This document shows positions 13,633 through 26,597 of a stretch of 64,000 nucleotides of DNA, piece after piece. The position numbers were made by a program, and so were the translations under genes. This DNA comes from Eledone cirrhosa. Taxonomy: Eukaryota. Below the pieces are notes generated by a model that worked only from the letters and a program-made list of their open reading frames with translations, was not told where the DNA came from and made no database searches. The stretch covers positions 221,464,001-221,528,000 of the forward strand of contig OZ024743.1 of NCBI GenBank assembly GCA_964016885.1. Reading direction: 5' to 3'. How positions within the stretch are numbered: the first letter of the stretch is position 1; each line of letters starts with the position of its first letter.

Positions 13633-14007
13633 TATTAATGTTATTGTTGTTGTTGTCGGCTGTGCCTTTCGTTCTTCCGGAGTCGATAAGATGAAGCATT
13701 AGAGATGCTGTTCTCTAATGAATTTCCTAGAAATGAATGAGAGAATCGAGCATCGCCCGAGTGAATGGCTGTAGTTTCAGTCTTCGTATGTTAGCCGGAG
13801 AATGACATTTGTGTGAAAGAATTTCACTTGGTAGATAGATTAATCCTGGATGTCTCAGATTCATTGATTAGCCAAATATGGTGGTCCACTTTTTTGATGC
13901 TGTTCTTTTTTTTCCTTTCATCCCATTCCATTTTGAGCCTTACACAATTTGAAATCTGTCCCTGTAATGTTCGCCCATTCGTCGCATTTATTGTGATAAA
14001 TGAAATC

Positions 14008-14064
<57 letters not shown>

Positions 14065-14194
14065 TGTTGTTGTTGTTGTTGTAGTAATATATTATCTCAG
14101 ATCCTGTCTGCCAAAATATGCAGCCTTATTTCAATATTACTCCAGGGTAGAAGGAAGGCAGCAAGAAAAAACCTATCATTATATATATATAACG

Positions 14195-14287
<93 letters not shown>

Positions 14288-14291
<4 letters not shown>

Positions 14292-14693
14292 ATTAATAAA
14301 TGGAAACTATATTTATAAAACCATATTTATTTCATTATATATATTTCAAGGATACCAAGTTAAATCATGGTATGCCTTCATCAGACAAAATACAATATAT
14401 AACAGTTTTACAAATAGATATTGACGTACCCTTTCAAAAAGGTAACCGTTGCTTTTGGAGGCCATCCGGATAGTGGTTTGTTTACTTTAGTAAGTCATAG
14501 TGTTAAGAGTAAGTAAAAAGATGGAGAGAGAGAGAGAGAAACGTGGAGAAAAGAAAGGGGAAGATAGACAAAGAAAAAGAAGTAAAGAGAACATTTATTA
14601 ATATTGTATATCTACTCCAAATATTTGTCGAGTGCTTTATATCAGTTATAATAATATTTGCTTGTTGTATCCCAAAAATTTAAATAGAACTTT

Positions 14694-14697
<4 letters not shown>
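14288..14697 (-). mobile_element. non-coding PLE-derived element, family F1, with inverted 3' tail, in (TA)n
   Basis: Homologous to 19646, 44566, 47130, 49741 and 52440; 14594-14697 is an inverted copy of the terminus plus an extension. Confidence 0.8.
14328..14392 (-). ncRNA. minimal type I hammerhead ribozyme (F1)
   Basis: TATTTTGT-CTGATGA-AGGCATACCA..TGGTATCCTT-GAAA-TATATA-TA-ATGAAATA. Confidence 0.8.
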
Positions 14698-14727
<30 letters not shown>

Positions 14728-14756
14728 GATAAATAAATTAATGTTTTGATATTTCA

Positions 14757-14831
<75 letters not shown>

Positions 14832-14834
<3 letters not shown>

Positions 14835-15978
14835 TATTATATTTAGAGTCATTTACAATTAATTAGCTCAAAGAAAGAAGCATTTCTGAGCCGTGAAATA
14901 CAAGTTAATATAAATTAATATATGATAAACACCTAAGTGTTTGTATTGTAAAAGACGAGATTAGCTAGAATGAAATAAACTAATTCAAATAAATATAGCT
15001 TGCCTGTATCGATTTAAAATAATAAATCAATACACACAAACTCATATTGGCAAATAGCCGTGGTACCTGGACAAATTTAAATTTCAAAATTCAAACCTTT
15101 TCCGTAGATCAATCTGAACTTCAAAATCCAAACAAGTTTCGCAAACGATGGTATAAAAAGTGAAATAATCAATCTTCTGTGCTTATCAACAGGTACCCAG
15201 AAAAATTAGGTTACTTCACCTCAAAAAATTTTTGAAGGTCTGGTTTACGAGCACAAAACGCACGAGGTTTTGCACTCGGTTTTTCCAGCTCTCTAGCTAT
15301 CTCATATTCATGGCGCTAGAAATAACAGCCGTTTATATGGGATTAAAAATTAGCTCTACCGAAGGAGCAGTAATATCATATTATATTTAGAGTCATTTAC
15401 AATTAATTAGTTCAAAGAAAGAAGCATTTCTGAGCCGTGAAATACAAGTTAATATAAATTAATATATGATAAACACCTAATTAATTGTAAATGACTCTAA
15501 ATATAATATGATATTACTGCTCCTTCGGTAGAGCTAATTTTTAATCCCATATAATCGGCTGTTATTTCTAGCGTCATGAATATGAGATAGCTAGAGAGCT
15601 GGAAAAACCGAGTGCAAAACCTCGTGCGTTTTGTGCTCGTAAGCCAGACCTTCAAAATTTTTTCGAGGTGAAGTAACCTAATTTTTCTGGGTACCTGTTG
15701 ATAAGCACAGAAGATTGATTATTTCACTTTTTATACCATCGTTTGCGAAACTTGTTTGGATTTTGAAGTTCAGATTGATCTACGGAAAAGGTTTGAATTT
15801 TGAAATTTAAATTTGTCCAGGTACCACGGCTATTTGCCAATATGAGTTTGTGTGTATTGATTTATTATTTTAAATCGATACAGGCAAGCTATATTTATTT
15901 GAATTAGTTTATTTCCTTCTAGCTAACTTTTACAATATAAACACTTAGGTGTTTATCATATATTAATTTATATTAACT

Positions 15979-15982
<4 letters not shown>
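14832..15982. mobile_element. non-coding 544-bp-unit element: partial tandem plus inverted copy, in (TA)n
   Basis: Direct repeat 14832-14936 = 15376-15480 (period 544); 15477-15982 is the reverse complement of 14899-15410. Confidence 0.85.
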
Positions 15983-16056
<74 letters not shown>

Positions 16057-16489
16057 AAATAAATTAATGTTTTGATATCTCACTGAAAAAATCTCTTCAG
16101 CATTTTCTACTGAAAAAATCTTTTTCCTTTCTACTATTTTGGTTATATATATATATATATATATATATATCAGTGAAATATCAAAACATTAATTTATTTA
16201 TAATATCAGTTTCAGCATTATATGCATTGTCAATTGCGGATATGCAGAATATTGTTAAATTGCATATTTGATATGCAACTTAATAATATAAGTATGTATA
16301 CGTACATACATATATGTATACAGACGTACAGTAGTATGTATATATATATATATACATACATGCACACATATATATATGTACGTATGGATTCACCGAACAT
16401 TTATTATAATGCTCGGTGTGTTTGTAAACAAACATCCCGAATTAAGCCGTACAGTGTCTAGCAACCATCGTTGCTCATTTGCTCAAAGA

Positions 16490-16532
16490 ACGCTGTACTA
16501 GTTTCAAGCTTATTAGCTATCGTCAGCAACGT
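16490..16532 (-). ncRNA. minimal type I hammerhead ribozyme
   Basis: ACGTTG-CTGACGA-TAGCT AATA AGCTT-GAAAC-TA-GTA-CAGCGT: 6-bp stem I, palindromic ACTAGT stem III. Confidence 0.85.
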
Positions 16533-16649
16533 ATACCTTCCTGCCAGATGGTTAAACGTCTGAAAGTATATACTTTGCTTATGCAGATATCTTTTTCCTT
16601 TCTACTATTTGTTTATATATATAACAACTCGTGTGTTACTTTTCTACAT

Positions 16650-16727
<78 letters not shown>

Positions 16728-17168
16728 TCATTTATGTTATATGTTATGTGCTCAGGCGCAGGAAATAACTATAAAATAGCTTATAAAATAGTGAAAGAGG
16801 GAAAAGGAATTTGCCAGCGGCAACTACTAAGAGTGAAACCTCGTATCTCTCAGATACTGGCTGAGTACTCTAGCCATTGACAAAAGCTTACCATCTAAAT
16901 TAAGAAGGCGGATTAAACATCTTTTGAAATTGTAGAGAAACATCGTATGCGAAGCTTGCACTTTCGAACTAACGAACGATGAAGTCGATAACTCATTTGA
17001 CTTGTAAATTTTTGAATCCAGAAATCTAATGAGCTATTGAATCCAGAGTCGCCCGATCACTACTAATCGTCTCCTGAGCTGATCGCTAGCGAAATGCGGG
17101 GCTATGTGTGAATAAATACATTGATGTTATATTGATAAATCATTCCTGCTCATTATTAACACTCTACG

Positions 17169-17350
17169 GTGGATTGGCAGTATCGGTAGAGGGTTGGACG
17201 CTATGCTTTCCAGCATAGTTACGTCCCTTTACAGTCTGAGTTCAAATCCCGCCGAGGTTAACTTTGCATTTCAATCTTACGGAGTCGATAAAATAAAGTA
17301 CCAGTAATGTACTGGATAATTTGCTGGCCCTGTGCCTAAAGTAGAAACAA
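17169..17350 (+). mobile_element. near full-length SINE family 1 with 19-bp TSD
   Basis: TSD TCATTATTAACACTCTACG at 17150-17168 and 17351-17369; A-box-like TGGCAGTATCGG and B-box GAGTTCAAATCC. Confidence 0.92.
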
Positions 17351-17599
17351 TCATTATTAACACTCTACGCTGTGTTCAATTCATTCTCTCGAAGTTGATA
17401 AAAAAAATGACCACTCTAATACTGGGGTTGGTTCTTCTTCTATATCTCTTTCATACTTCCTCTCTATCACTCCCTCTCTTTCTCTGGAAACATCTGCTTG
17501 TGTTCATACCTGTAGAGAAGAGGACTCCGCCATGTTTTGAAAAATGCCCAAGACACGCCGTATGTCACTACCGCTACTATAGTGTACCCATACGAGTTA

Positions 17600-18500
17600 C
17601 GGGTACTAATATCTCTATATTAATACCCTACTATATATCTGTATATTAGTACCCTATAATATATCTATGTCAGTACACTACTATATATCTCTATATTAGT
17701 ACCCTACCATATATATCTCTATATTAGTACCCTACTAGATATATATATATCACTACACTACTAGATATATTTATATTAGTATCCTACTGTATATCTGTAT
17801 ATTAGTACCCTACAATATATCTATGCCATTACCCTACTATATATCTCTATATTAGTATCCTACAATATATCTATGTCAGTACCCTACAATATATCTATAT
17901 TAGTACCCTACTATAAATCTCTATATTAGTACCCTACCATATATATCTCTATATTAGTACCCTACTATATATTTGTATATTAGTACCCTACCATATATAA
18001 ATCTCTATATTAGTACCTACTATATATATCTCTATATTAGTACCCTACAATATATCTATATCAGTACCCTACAATATATCTATATTAGTACCCTACTATA
18101 AATCTCTATATTAGTACCCTACCATATGTCTATATATTAGTACCCTACTATATATCTGTATATTAGTACCCTACCATATATAATATATCTCTATATTAGT
18201 ACCCTACCATATATATCTCTATATTAGTACCCTACCATATGTCTATATGTTAGTACCCTACCATATATAAATCTCTATATTAGTACCCTACCATATATAT
18301 CTCTATATTAGTACTCTACCATATGTCTGTATATTAGTACCCTACTATATATCTGTATATTAGTACCCTACCATATATAATATATCTCTATATTAGTACC
18401 CTACCATATGTCTATATGTTAATACCATACAATTTATCTATATGTTACCACCCTATCATATATATCTATGTCCCTACCATATATATCTGTATGCTCCCTA
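17600..18500. repeat. ~22-28-bp minisatellite (TATATTAGTACCCTACYATATATCTC)
   Basis: More than 30 imperfect tandem copies visible. Confidence 0.92.
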
Positions 18501-18562
18501 TTATATATATCTATGTTGCTCTTTACGTTATTTTTCTCTCTGTTATTTTGTCTATGCTGTTC

Positions 18563-18666
<104 letters not shown>

Positions 18667-18968
18667 CACCTCTCTGTATTATCCCTATGTTGTTTTCCAG
18701 GTGAGGTGGCTGTATAAGTTCAAACACATTCCGATTAAACATGAAGTCTCAGATATTTATATTTATCGAAGTCCCAATGATACTTTATGAATGTTATATT
18801 ACAGGCGTGAAATTCAATGAAACTATATCATACTCACCATTAAGCTTGCCCTCAAAGGTCGTAACTTTTATATTATTTGGTATTATTGCGAAATTGTATG
18901 AATGTATCTATAAATATTATATAGATATTTGTGTGTGTGAAGATATATACATACATACACACACACAC

Positions 18969-18999
<31 letters not shown>

Positions 19000-19142
19000 T
19001 ATATATACATACATATGTATGTATGTATGTGTGTGTATGTATGTATATATATATATATCTTCACACGCATACAAATATCTATATGATATTTATATGTATC
19101 TATAAATATCATATAGATATTTGTATGTGTGAAGATATATAC

Positions 19143-19178
<36 letters not shown>

Positions 19179-19311
19179 GTGTGTATATATATATGTATGT
19201 ATGTATGTATATATATGTGTGTGTGTGTGAACATATATATATATATATATAAATGTGTGTGTGTGTGTGTGTATGAATATATTCATATATATATATGTAT
19301 GTATGTATATG

Positions 19312-19348
<37 letters not shown>

Positions 19349-19609
19349 ATGTGTGTGTGTATATATATATATACATATATATATGTATATATACATATAT
19401 GCGTTTGAGAGAGATTACGTTAGAGGGAGAGATTATGTTAGAGGGAGAGAGTACATTATATGTTTATTGATGACTTTATATACTAGATTTATGTATCTGA
19501 GCATATATATTCATATATCAGTATTGAGGATATACCATGTACGTGTGTATTTGTTTATCTGTAACTACTTGTGTGGGGCTGCCTTTGTGTGTGGAAGTGT
19601 GCATGAGTG

Positions 19610-19645
<36 letters not shown>

Positions 19646-19646
<1 letters not shown>

Positions 19647-19810
19647 GATATTAAATAAATGGAAACTATATTTATAAAACCATATTTATTTCATTATATA
19701 TATTTCAGGGATATCATATTAAAAATATGTTATGCCTTCTTCAGACAAAATACAATATAAACAGTCTTATAAATAGATAGATTCGACATACCATTCAACT
19801 TCGACTTCTA
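19646..19810 (-). mobile_element. F1-family element with hammerhead (19687-19752)
   Basis: TATTTTGT-CTGAAGA-AGGCATAAC..GATATCCCT-GAAA-TATATATA-ATGAAATA; begins at the (TA)n edge. Confidence 0.78.
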
Positions 19811-20086
19811 TTTGAAAAGTTGATTTGGTAGTGAAAAAATATTAGGGACAGTTATAAAAAGAAAGAAAGAAAAACGAAGAAAAAGAAGAAATGCATGCAA
19901 CTAAATAGAGAGAGATAGATATAGAGAGATAGATAGAGAGAAGAAATTCATGTAAAGAAACATATATATATATATATATATAAATCTGTGTTTGTGTGAG
20001 TGTTTAGATGTGTGTTTGTGAGTGAGTGACTGTAATTATGTATGTGTGTAAATGTTTATATTTATACATATATATATATATGTATG

Positions 20087-20144
<58 letters not shown>

Positions 20145-20297
20145 CGTGTGTGTGTGTCAGTGGATATTCGAATGTATATATATGTACGCATTATTGGTGA
20201 ACTAATCTCTTTATGTTCATTTTCTATGAATTCTACTTCTATATATTTATGGGAGTATAAATCATGCAATACGTATATATATATATATATATGTGTT

Positions 20298-20345
<48 letters not shown>

Positions 20346-20354
<9 letters not shown>

Positions 20355-21094
20355 GAAAGGTATAGAAAATATTGTAGCAAAAAGCCAACAGTATTCCATA
20401 ATATATATAAGTGACTATAGCGTCAAAATGGGAAAAATAATTCAAACTCAACTCAAAAAGAATCAGGATATAGATTCATCCAACAGAATTTAGTGAAATC
20501 CATGGAAAAATCAATAGAGCCTTAACTCATGATAAAATAAAGTTTAAAATACCCATCCTTCAATTTAGGACAACTACAAATGCTCTGTATAGTCTTGAAG
20601 ACTATTTCACGAAAACTTTCAGTCACGGTTGGAACCGATCCTCAGCAGAGCTCAACTCGATAACCAAAATTTCGCACTGATTAATATACCAAAAAGGGAA
20701 TTAAAAACAGGCTAGTTCACCATCATGCGTGATTATGAAAATAAAACGCACACGTGGAAAGACAGGGCTGGTGATGCCAGAATGAGACGAATGTTTGTTT
20801 ACAAGAAACAACAGTCAAAAACATTCCGAAAAAAAACTCTACAATAAGGAGTTCAGCAAAAAGCAATATTATCGCGGTTTTTTTTATTAAAAAAATACCG
20901 GGATTAGTCACAAATAATTTAAGCACTCTAGGAAAGAAATCCGAGTATAAATATATAAATGAAAGGTATAGAAAATATTGTAGCAAAAAGCCAACAGTAT
21001 TCCATAATATATAAGTGACTATACCGTCAAAATTGGAAAAGTAGTTAACGTAAGATGTGGGAAAAATAATTCAAACTCAACTCAAAAAGAATCA

Positions 21095-21102
<8 letters not shown>
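20346..21102 (-). mobile_element. retrozyme-like non-coding element: 606-bp unit with ~125-bp terminal direct repeat and one hammerhead
   Basis: 20351-20472 is repeated at 20957-21100 (second copy has a ~25-bp indel); flanked by (TA)n. Confidence 0.8.
20582..20651 (-). ncRNA. type I hammerhead ribozyme with full-length stem III
   Basis: GCTCTG-CTGAGGA-(stem II)-GAA-ATAGTCT TCA AGACTAT-A-CAGAGC: perfect 6-bp stem I, 7-bp stem III, AUA cleavage triplet. Confidence 0.85.
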
Positions 21103-21164
<62 letters not shown>

Positions 21165-21406
21165 CTAATGATAGCTAAGATGCTTCCATAGGCGGTATCC
21201 CGGTTGAGCACTCTATGCTCCTACGGAGCAGAGTATTATAGAATGGTAAACGAAAAATCAGAAAGAGGACATGCTCCGAAATCAATAGACGTGTCCGAGG
21301 AACCTGCGAGTCTAGAGTCAGGTAGATCCGCACACGGAGCGCACCTCGTGCTGTTCGCCGGGGAAACAATTGTTCTCGGTATGGTGAACTAAGAGTTGTG
21401 CAACCA

Positions 21407-21457
<51 letters not shown>

Positions 21458-21602
21458 TTTGAGTTTATGTTGGTTGTATACCAACACCTCAGTATGCAGG
21501 CTGGAGCACTCGACGAAATGCGCAGGTTGGTTTGGTTACTCCAGAGTAGTGTAAAATAAAGTTAAATAAAAGTCAAATGATTAAAATTTAGCTTCGTTTA
21601 TT

Positions 21603-21657
21603 ACTGCTATATATATTTCAGTGACAGCCATCTTTGGCTGTGACCTCTTCAGGCAGT
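21603..21657 (-). ncRNA. minimal type I hammerhead ribozyme in a (TA)n-flanked element (21455-21952)
   Basis: ACTGC-CTGAAGA-GGTCACAGCCA AAGA TGGCTGTCACT-GAAA-TATATA-TA-GCAGT, followed by AATAAA. Confidence 0.88.
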
Positions 21658-22499
21658 TTGAATTAGTATGGTATAGACAAGTACATATGTTGTTTAGGTG
21701 TATAATATTGTCAATACTCTGATATCCCCAGTTCCTTGTTGGGTTGTTATTTCACTGAGGAACAGTTCTATACGGACACTCTATCTCAAAATTATTTTTG
21801 AAAAGCATTTAGAAATGCGCAACCGGTAAAAACTTAAAAACTTAAAACCACAACTGAATACTAACCCATACAATTACTAATGCTCTTTTATTCCTAATTA
21901 AACCATTTTTAAACTGTGAACAATTTGTCAGCATTTTCTATTCCGTTTACCAATATATATATATATATATATATCCGTACGTAAGTGACGGCCGAGATAT
22001 ATGAATTCTCAATACCGAAGTCTTAGTCTTAGTCTTAGGTTCGCCTATGGCCTGGGACATATGTGTCTTCTCCAATTTACACGATCAGCTTCGGCAGCTT
22101 GCGTGGAACTGAATGAACCATAGCAGTCCCATTTTGTGGGTATGAAAGTACCCCCAAATTCGGTGCTTAATCACGTGATCGTCCCCATCTTATCAAATTG
22201 TACTCCAAACATATAGCAACCTAAGTTACTATTTTGCATAAAACTGAAAGAACTTCCCAACTCCAGTGATACACGAAGGCATAGCCACACATATCTGCAT
22301 CTCTCTTAACTTTTAAAAATTACTAAACTTGTGAAACCGGTTAAGTTATAGGATATTGTAATTAAATAAGTAAATAATCTTCGCCTTTTTTTTTTTTAGT
22401 CTTTAACTAGTAAAGCCATCACGGGGTGGTGGAGTCTTGGACAGTTAAACCTGATGGAAACCATCTCTCTCCTGGTCAGAACATACCCGATTCATTCCA

Positions 22500-22660
22500 C
22501 AAAGAGAGAAAAGAGAGAGGGGGGAGAGAGTAGGGGGAAATCGACCTCACCACGGTACTAGTACTTCATAGGGTTTCAAACTCGGAGCGTAAAGACCTGG
22601 AAGGAATACTTATGAAGCATTCTATTCGTCGTTCAAACGACCCTGCAAATTCTCAGCCTA
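22500..22660 (-). mobile_element. degenerate SINE family 1
   Basis: GGTTTCAAACTCGGAGCGTAAAGA...AAGCATTCTATTCGTCGTTCAAACGACCCTGCAAATTC is the reverse complement of the SINE head. Confidence 0.55.
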
Positions 22661-22847
22661 AAGTAAATAATAAATGAACACATAAATAAATATACAAAGA
22701 GTATATATTGAAGTCATTGTTCATTCTTTCACAAATGCTACCTAAAGAGTGTGTTTGTGTTTCGTGTCACCTCGCTTCGTATATATTTACAGGATTTCTT
22801 CTTACCGCATAGAGATTAAATGTGGATCTATCACAGCGTAACACCAC

Positions 22848-22894
<47 letters not shown>

Positions 22895-22950
22895 CTAGTA
22901 GCAGTAGCAGTAGCAGTAGCAGCAGCAGTAGTAGTAACAGCAGAAGCGGC

Positions 22951-22991
<41 letters not shown>

Positions 22992-23198
22992 CAGTTTGTT
23001 TTTGCCTATATATTTTCTTAATGACTTGCACGTTCATTACTGAGAACAAAGAAGTGTATCGCTAACCAATAATAAATAAATAAATGAATAAATAAACAAA
23101 CAAATAAATAAATTAAATAAATAGCAGAAAAAGGCGAAATATTCTTTTGTTAGTCGTCTTCAGACAACAATAAACTATGATCCACATGAAAGAGAAAT

Positions 23199-23342
<144 letters not shown>

Positions 23343-23855
23343 CGTGCGCGTGCGTGTGTGTGTGTGTAAGTGTTTGTTTGTTTGTTGTTGTGTGTGTATT
23401 TATTTTTCTGTAAATATTTTGCATAGTTTCAGCTTACCTAAAAAGAAAGAAAAAAAAGGCCACTGAAGTTCACTTGAAAATTCTTTCTGTGTTGTGAGAA
23501 TTCTGAATGGAATGTTTTCTTTCAACGTAAACATTTTAGCTTCTCACTATATATAGTGACAAATTCTTTTTCCGTCCTTAAAGGGTCTCAACTCTATTTT
23601 CGGGGCCGGTGGAACTGGGGAGGAGGGGGGGGAGACATGTCATGCTCCCTCCTCAATAATAATATTTTTCTCCCTAAACTAGCAAAACACATATCTGTTT
23701 GTATATGCGCTACAATTTATGTACATGTTATATAGAGATACATGAGAGAGAGAGAGATATAGATATAGAGCTGGAAAGACTTTTGTGGTTAATTTATATA
23801 GAGAGAAACACTCGGAGAATGTGTTGAATATTAGATATAGAGAGGGGGAGAGATC

Positions 23856-24211
23856 GTCCTACACCATCTTGTTTTTGTGAACACACACAAAAACAAGATG
23901 ACGTAGGACTGAACAAAGGAGAGGCACAAAACAAAGAAAATAATCCCCAGTCACTGAAGAGGTCACAGAATGTGTGACGAAAGGACTTTGACAATATATG
24001 AACAACCGTTCGGTTGTGGAACCAACCAACCAACCGGAAATTTACAATTTTTTTAAATTTATAAATTTAATTTATAATAAATTGGAAAATTGGAGTGAAA
24101 GCGACTGGTGCGTGTGTTTCTTATTGGCAACATGACCCTCCCAAAATATAACAATATCGGTTTCTACACACGTTTTTAGATAAAGAATCTTGCTAAATAA
24201 ATTCAGAAACG

Positions 24212-24213
<2 letters not shown>
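23856..24213 (+). mobile_element. solo pseudo-LTR/3' end of the Naiad-type PLE, with hammerhead at 23950-23992
   Basis: Near-identical to 53790-54055 plus the extension seen inverted at 52621-52680; GTCA-CTGAAGA-G-GTCAC..GTGAC-GAAAG-GA-CTT-TGAC. Confidence 0.85.
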
Positions 24214-24259
<46 letters not shown>

Positions 24260-24639
24260 CCCCACCAAGTTTACTTGATGAGGAGGGTATTTTGGAGACC
24301 CTGCAGGACAAAAAACAAAACCTAACAAAGAGCGGTACTAGAGACGGCATATGAACTGATCACCTCTGAATTGGTTGCCTCCTACCGCTAATAACCTTAT
24401 CACTCTTTCTTATCTAAATAGCAGACATGGCTGAATACGAAGCATTCATTCTAAGTTTTTTCTTTGTTGTGGCTTAGTTTTGTTTCCTTTTCTTTTCTTT
24501 GAATTTTGGATTGTTTTCTATGGGAAACAATAGTTTGAAGGACCAGTTATAAATATGTAAAAAACGAAAGCATTACACACACACACACACTCAGATACAT
24601 ACACACACACACACATATATATATACATATATATTTGTA

Positions 24640-24675
<36 letters not shown>

Positions 24676-25082
24676 CGTTATTCCGGGTTATATATGTGTG
24701 TGTATGTATATATTCATTACACTTGTGCGTGAGCGTGTATACAAATAGTAACATAACGGGATATAGATAATGATATATATATATACAAACTGAGAAGACA
24801 AAAGAAATTGCATTGTTTATAAAGTAGCATCAAATATATTGATTATGTGATGGAGGTATCGTTCCTGTCAACATCCTCGTTCTTGTCAACATTTGTTTGT
24901 GTTTGATCACGAACAGGAAAATCTTTTTCTCTTTTCCAATACTTAGTCTGAATTCTCTGCGGTGTGAAAAAAAAAAGATAGTAAATAGTAAAGTAGTTAA
25001 TCTGTGGTGCGCTGTACGATGTACATATGTGTGTTGCATGTGTGTGTTTATACATTCGCACGTATTATCTGTTTATATATGG

Positions 25083-25204
<122 letters not shown>

Positions 25205-26393
25205 AAAAAATTCAGGACCCCGATGGCTGAGCTCCAGCCATTTCGAGAGCTAGATCGGAACTCATATTACCCACTCTACTACCTGGTTATGCGTTGTAGT
25301 ATTGTTATAGTTAGTTTGTGTGTGGTGTGTTAGAGGTATACATGGAGCTTTTTTACATGTATAGATGTTATATGCACTTATTTTTTGTTGTATATTGCTC
25401 GATGTGGAGTAAGAAAATTTTACTGTATATCTGTTTAAGATTGGATGGTATTTGTGGTTAGGTGGGAAATGTTTATCGAGAATTGCAAAAGATTTTTTAG
25501 GGATTTGCCCATAGTTTGCAAGTTAAATGGAGCATTATACCATGTTACGTTTCTTTTATGGTTTCTAATTGGTTTCCTATTGTTATATTGGGTATGTATA
25601 GAAGTTTGAAGGTAGATTTTGTCATCAGATGATACTATAATATTGTGATTGTTATTAGGGGTGTGAACAAATTGTTTAGTAGATTTTTGAATTGTATTAG
25701 TTTTTGATTTATTGTTTTTTGCTTGATTTATAGATGATATTGGGAGTTTTATTAATGGTGCCTTATTAATTGGACCTGGTATTTTGGTATTATTCTTGTT
25801 ATTTATAGTAAGTCGGATATGTTTCTCTGGTTTATTGGATTGTAAAGATGTAGTTTGGTTAGGTTGGAGGTTCGATGAAATAGGTAATATATCATTAGGT
25901 TTATTGTGAGAATTAATATATAAGATGTTATCATTAACTGCTTTTTTAAGATTAATGGAGTTAGGTGTTTTCGTATGGTTTGTAGTAATATTGTTAGGTA
26001 GGTTATAGAAGTATTCAGAAGCGTTAGGATTGATGATTTTTAGAGAGTTTGTGTCATTTATATTAATGCGGGTACTAGGAGTAATGGTAATAAGGTGCAT
26101 TTTTATAGAATATTTCTTCATTAGATGATAATTTAGATAATCTGAGTGAGATGTTGTACACTAGATGTTTTAGTATGGAACCAGGGTGGTTAGATAATGA
26201 GTGTATATAATGCAGGTTTTGGTTTGGTTTATCTAATGAAGAAATATTCTATACAAATGCACCTTATTATAATGAGGCTTTAGCTAGAAGTGGCTACAAG
26301 GATAAAATATTTTACATACCTAACACCATAAATACCCCCAACATACAACCAAACATAAACAACAAACACCAAAAGAAACACATAAAATTTAAT

Positions 26394-26597
26394 TGTTTCT
26401 ACTTTTGGCACAAGGCCAGCAATTATCTCAGTACATTACTGGTACTTTATTTTATCGACCCCGTAAGGATGAAAGGCAAAGTAAACCTCGGCGGGATTTA
26501 CATAAACACATAAAATTTAATTGTTTCTACTTTAGGCACAAGGCCAGCAATTACCCAGTGCATTACTGGTACTTTATTTTATCGACCCTGTAAGGAT
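26394..26597 (-). mobile_element. two tandem 5'-truncated SINE family 1 copies
   Basis: Reverse-complement SINE tails at 26394-26500 and 26522-26597; AAACACATAAAATTTAAT occurs three times around them. Confidence 0.85.

Noticed and set aside
17169-17260. tRNA gene
   Set aside because: A/B-box-like motifs belong to a SINE head with TSD; no cloverleaf.
25435-26121. 228-aa Asn/Ile/Lys-rich ORF as a host gene
   Set aside because: Low complexity, and it ends in a frameshifted Neptune PLE motif.
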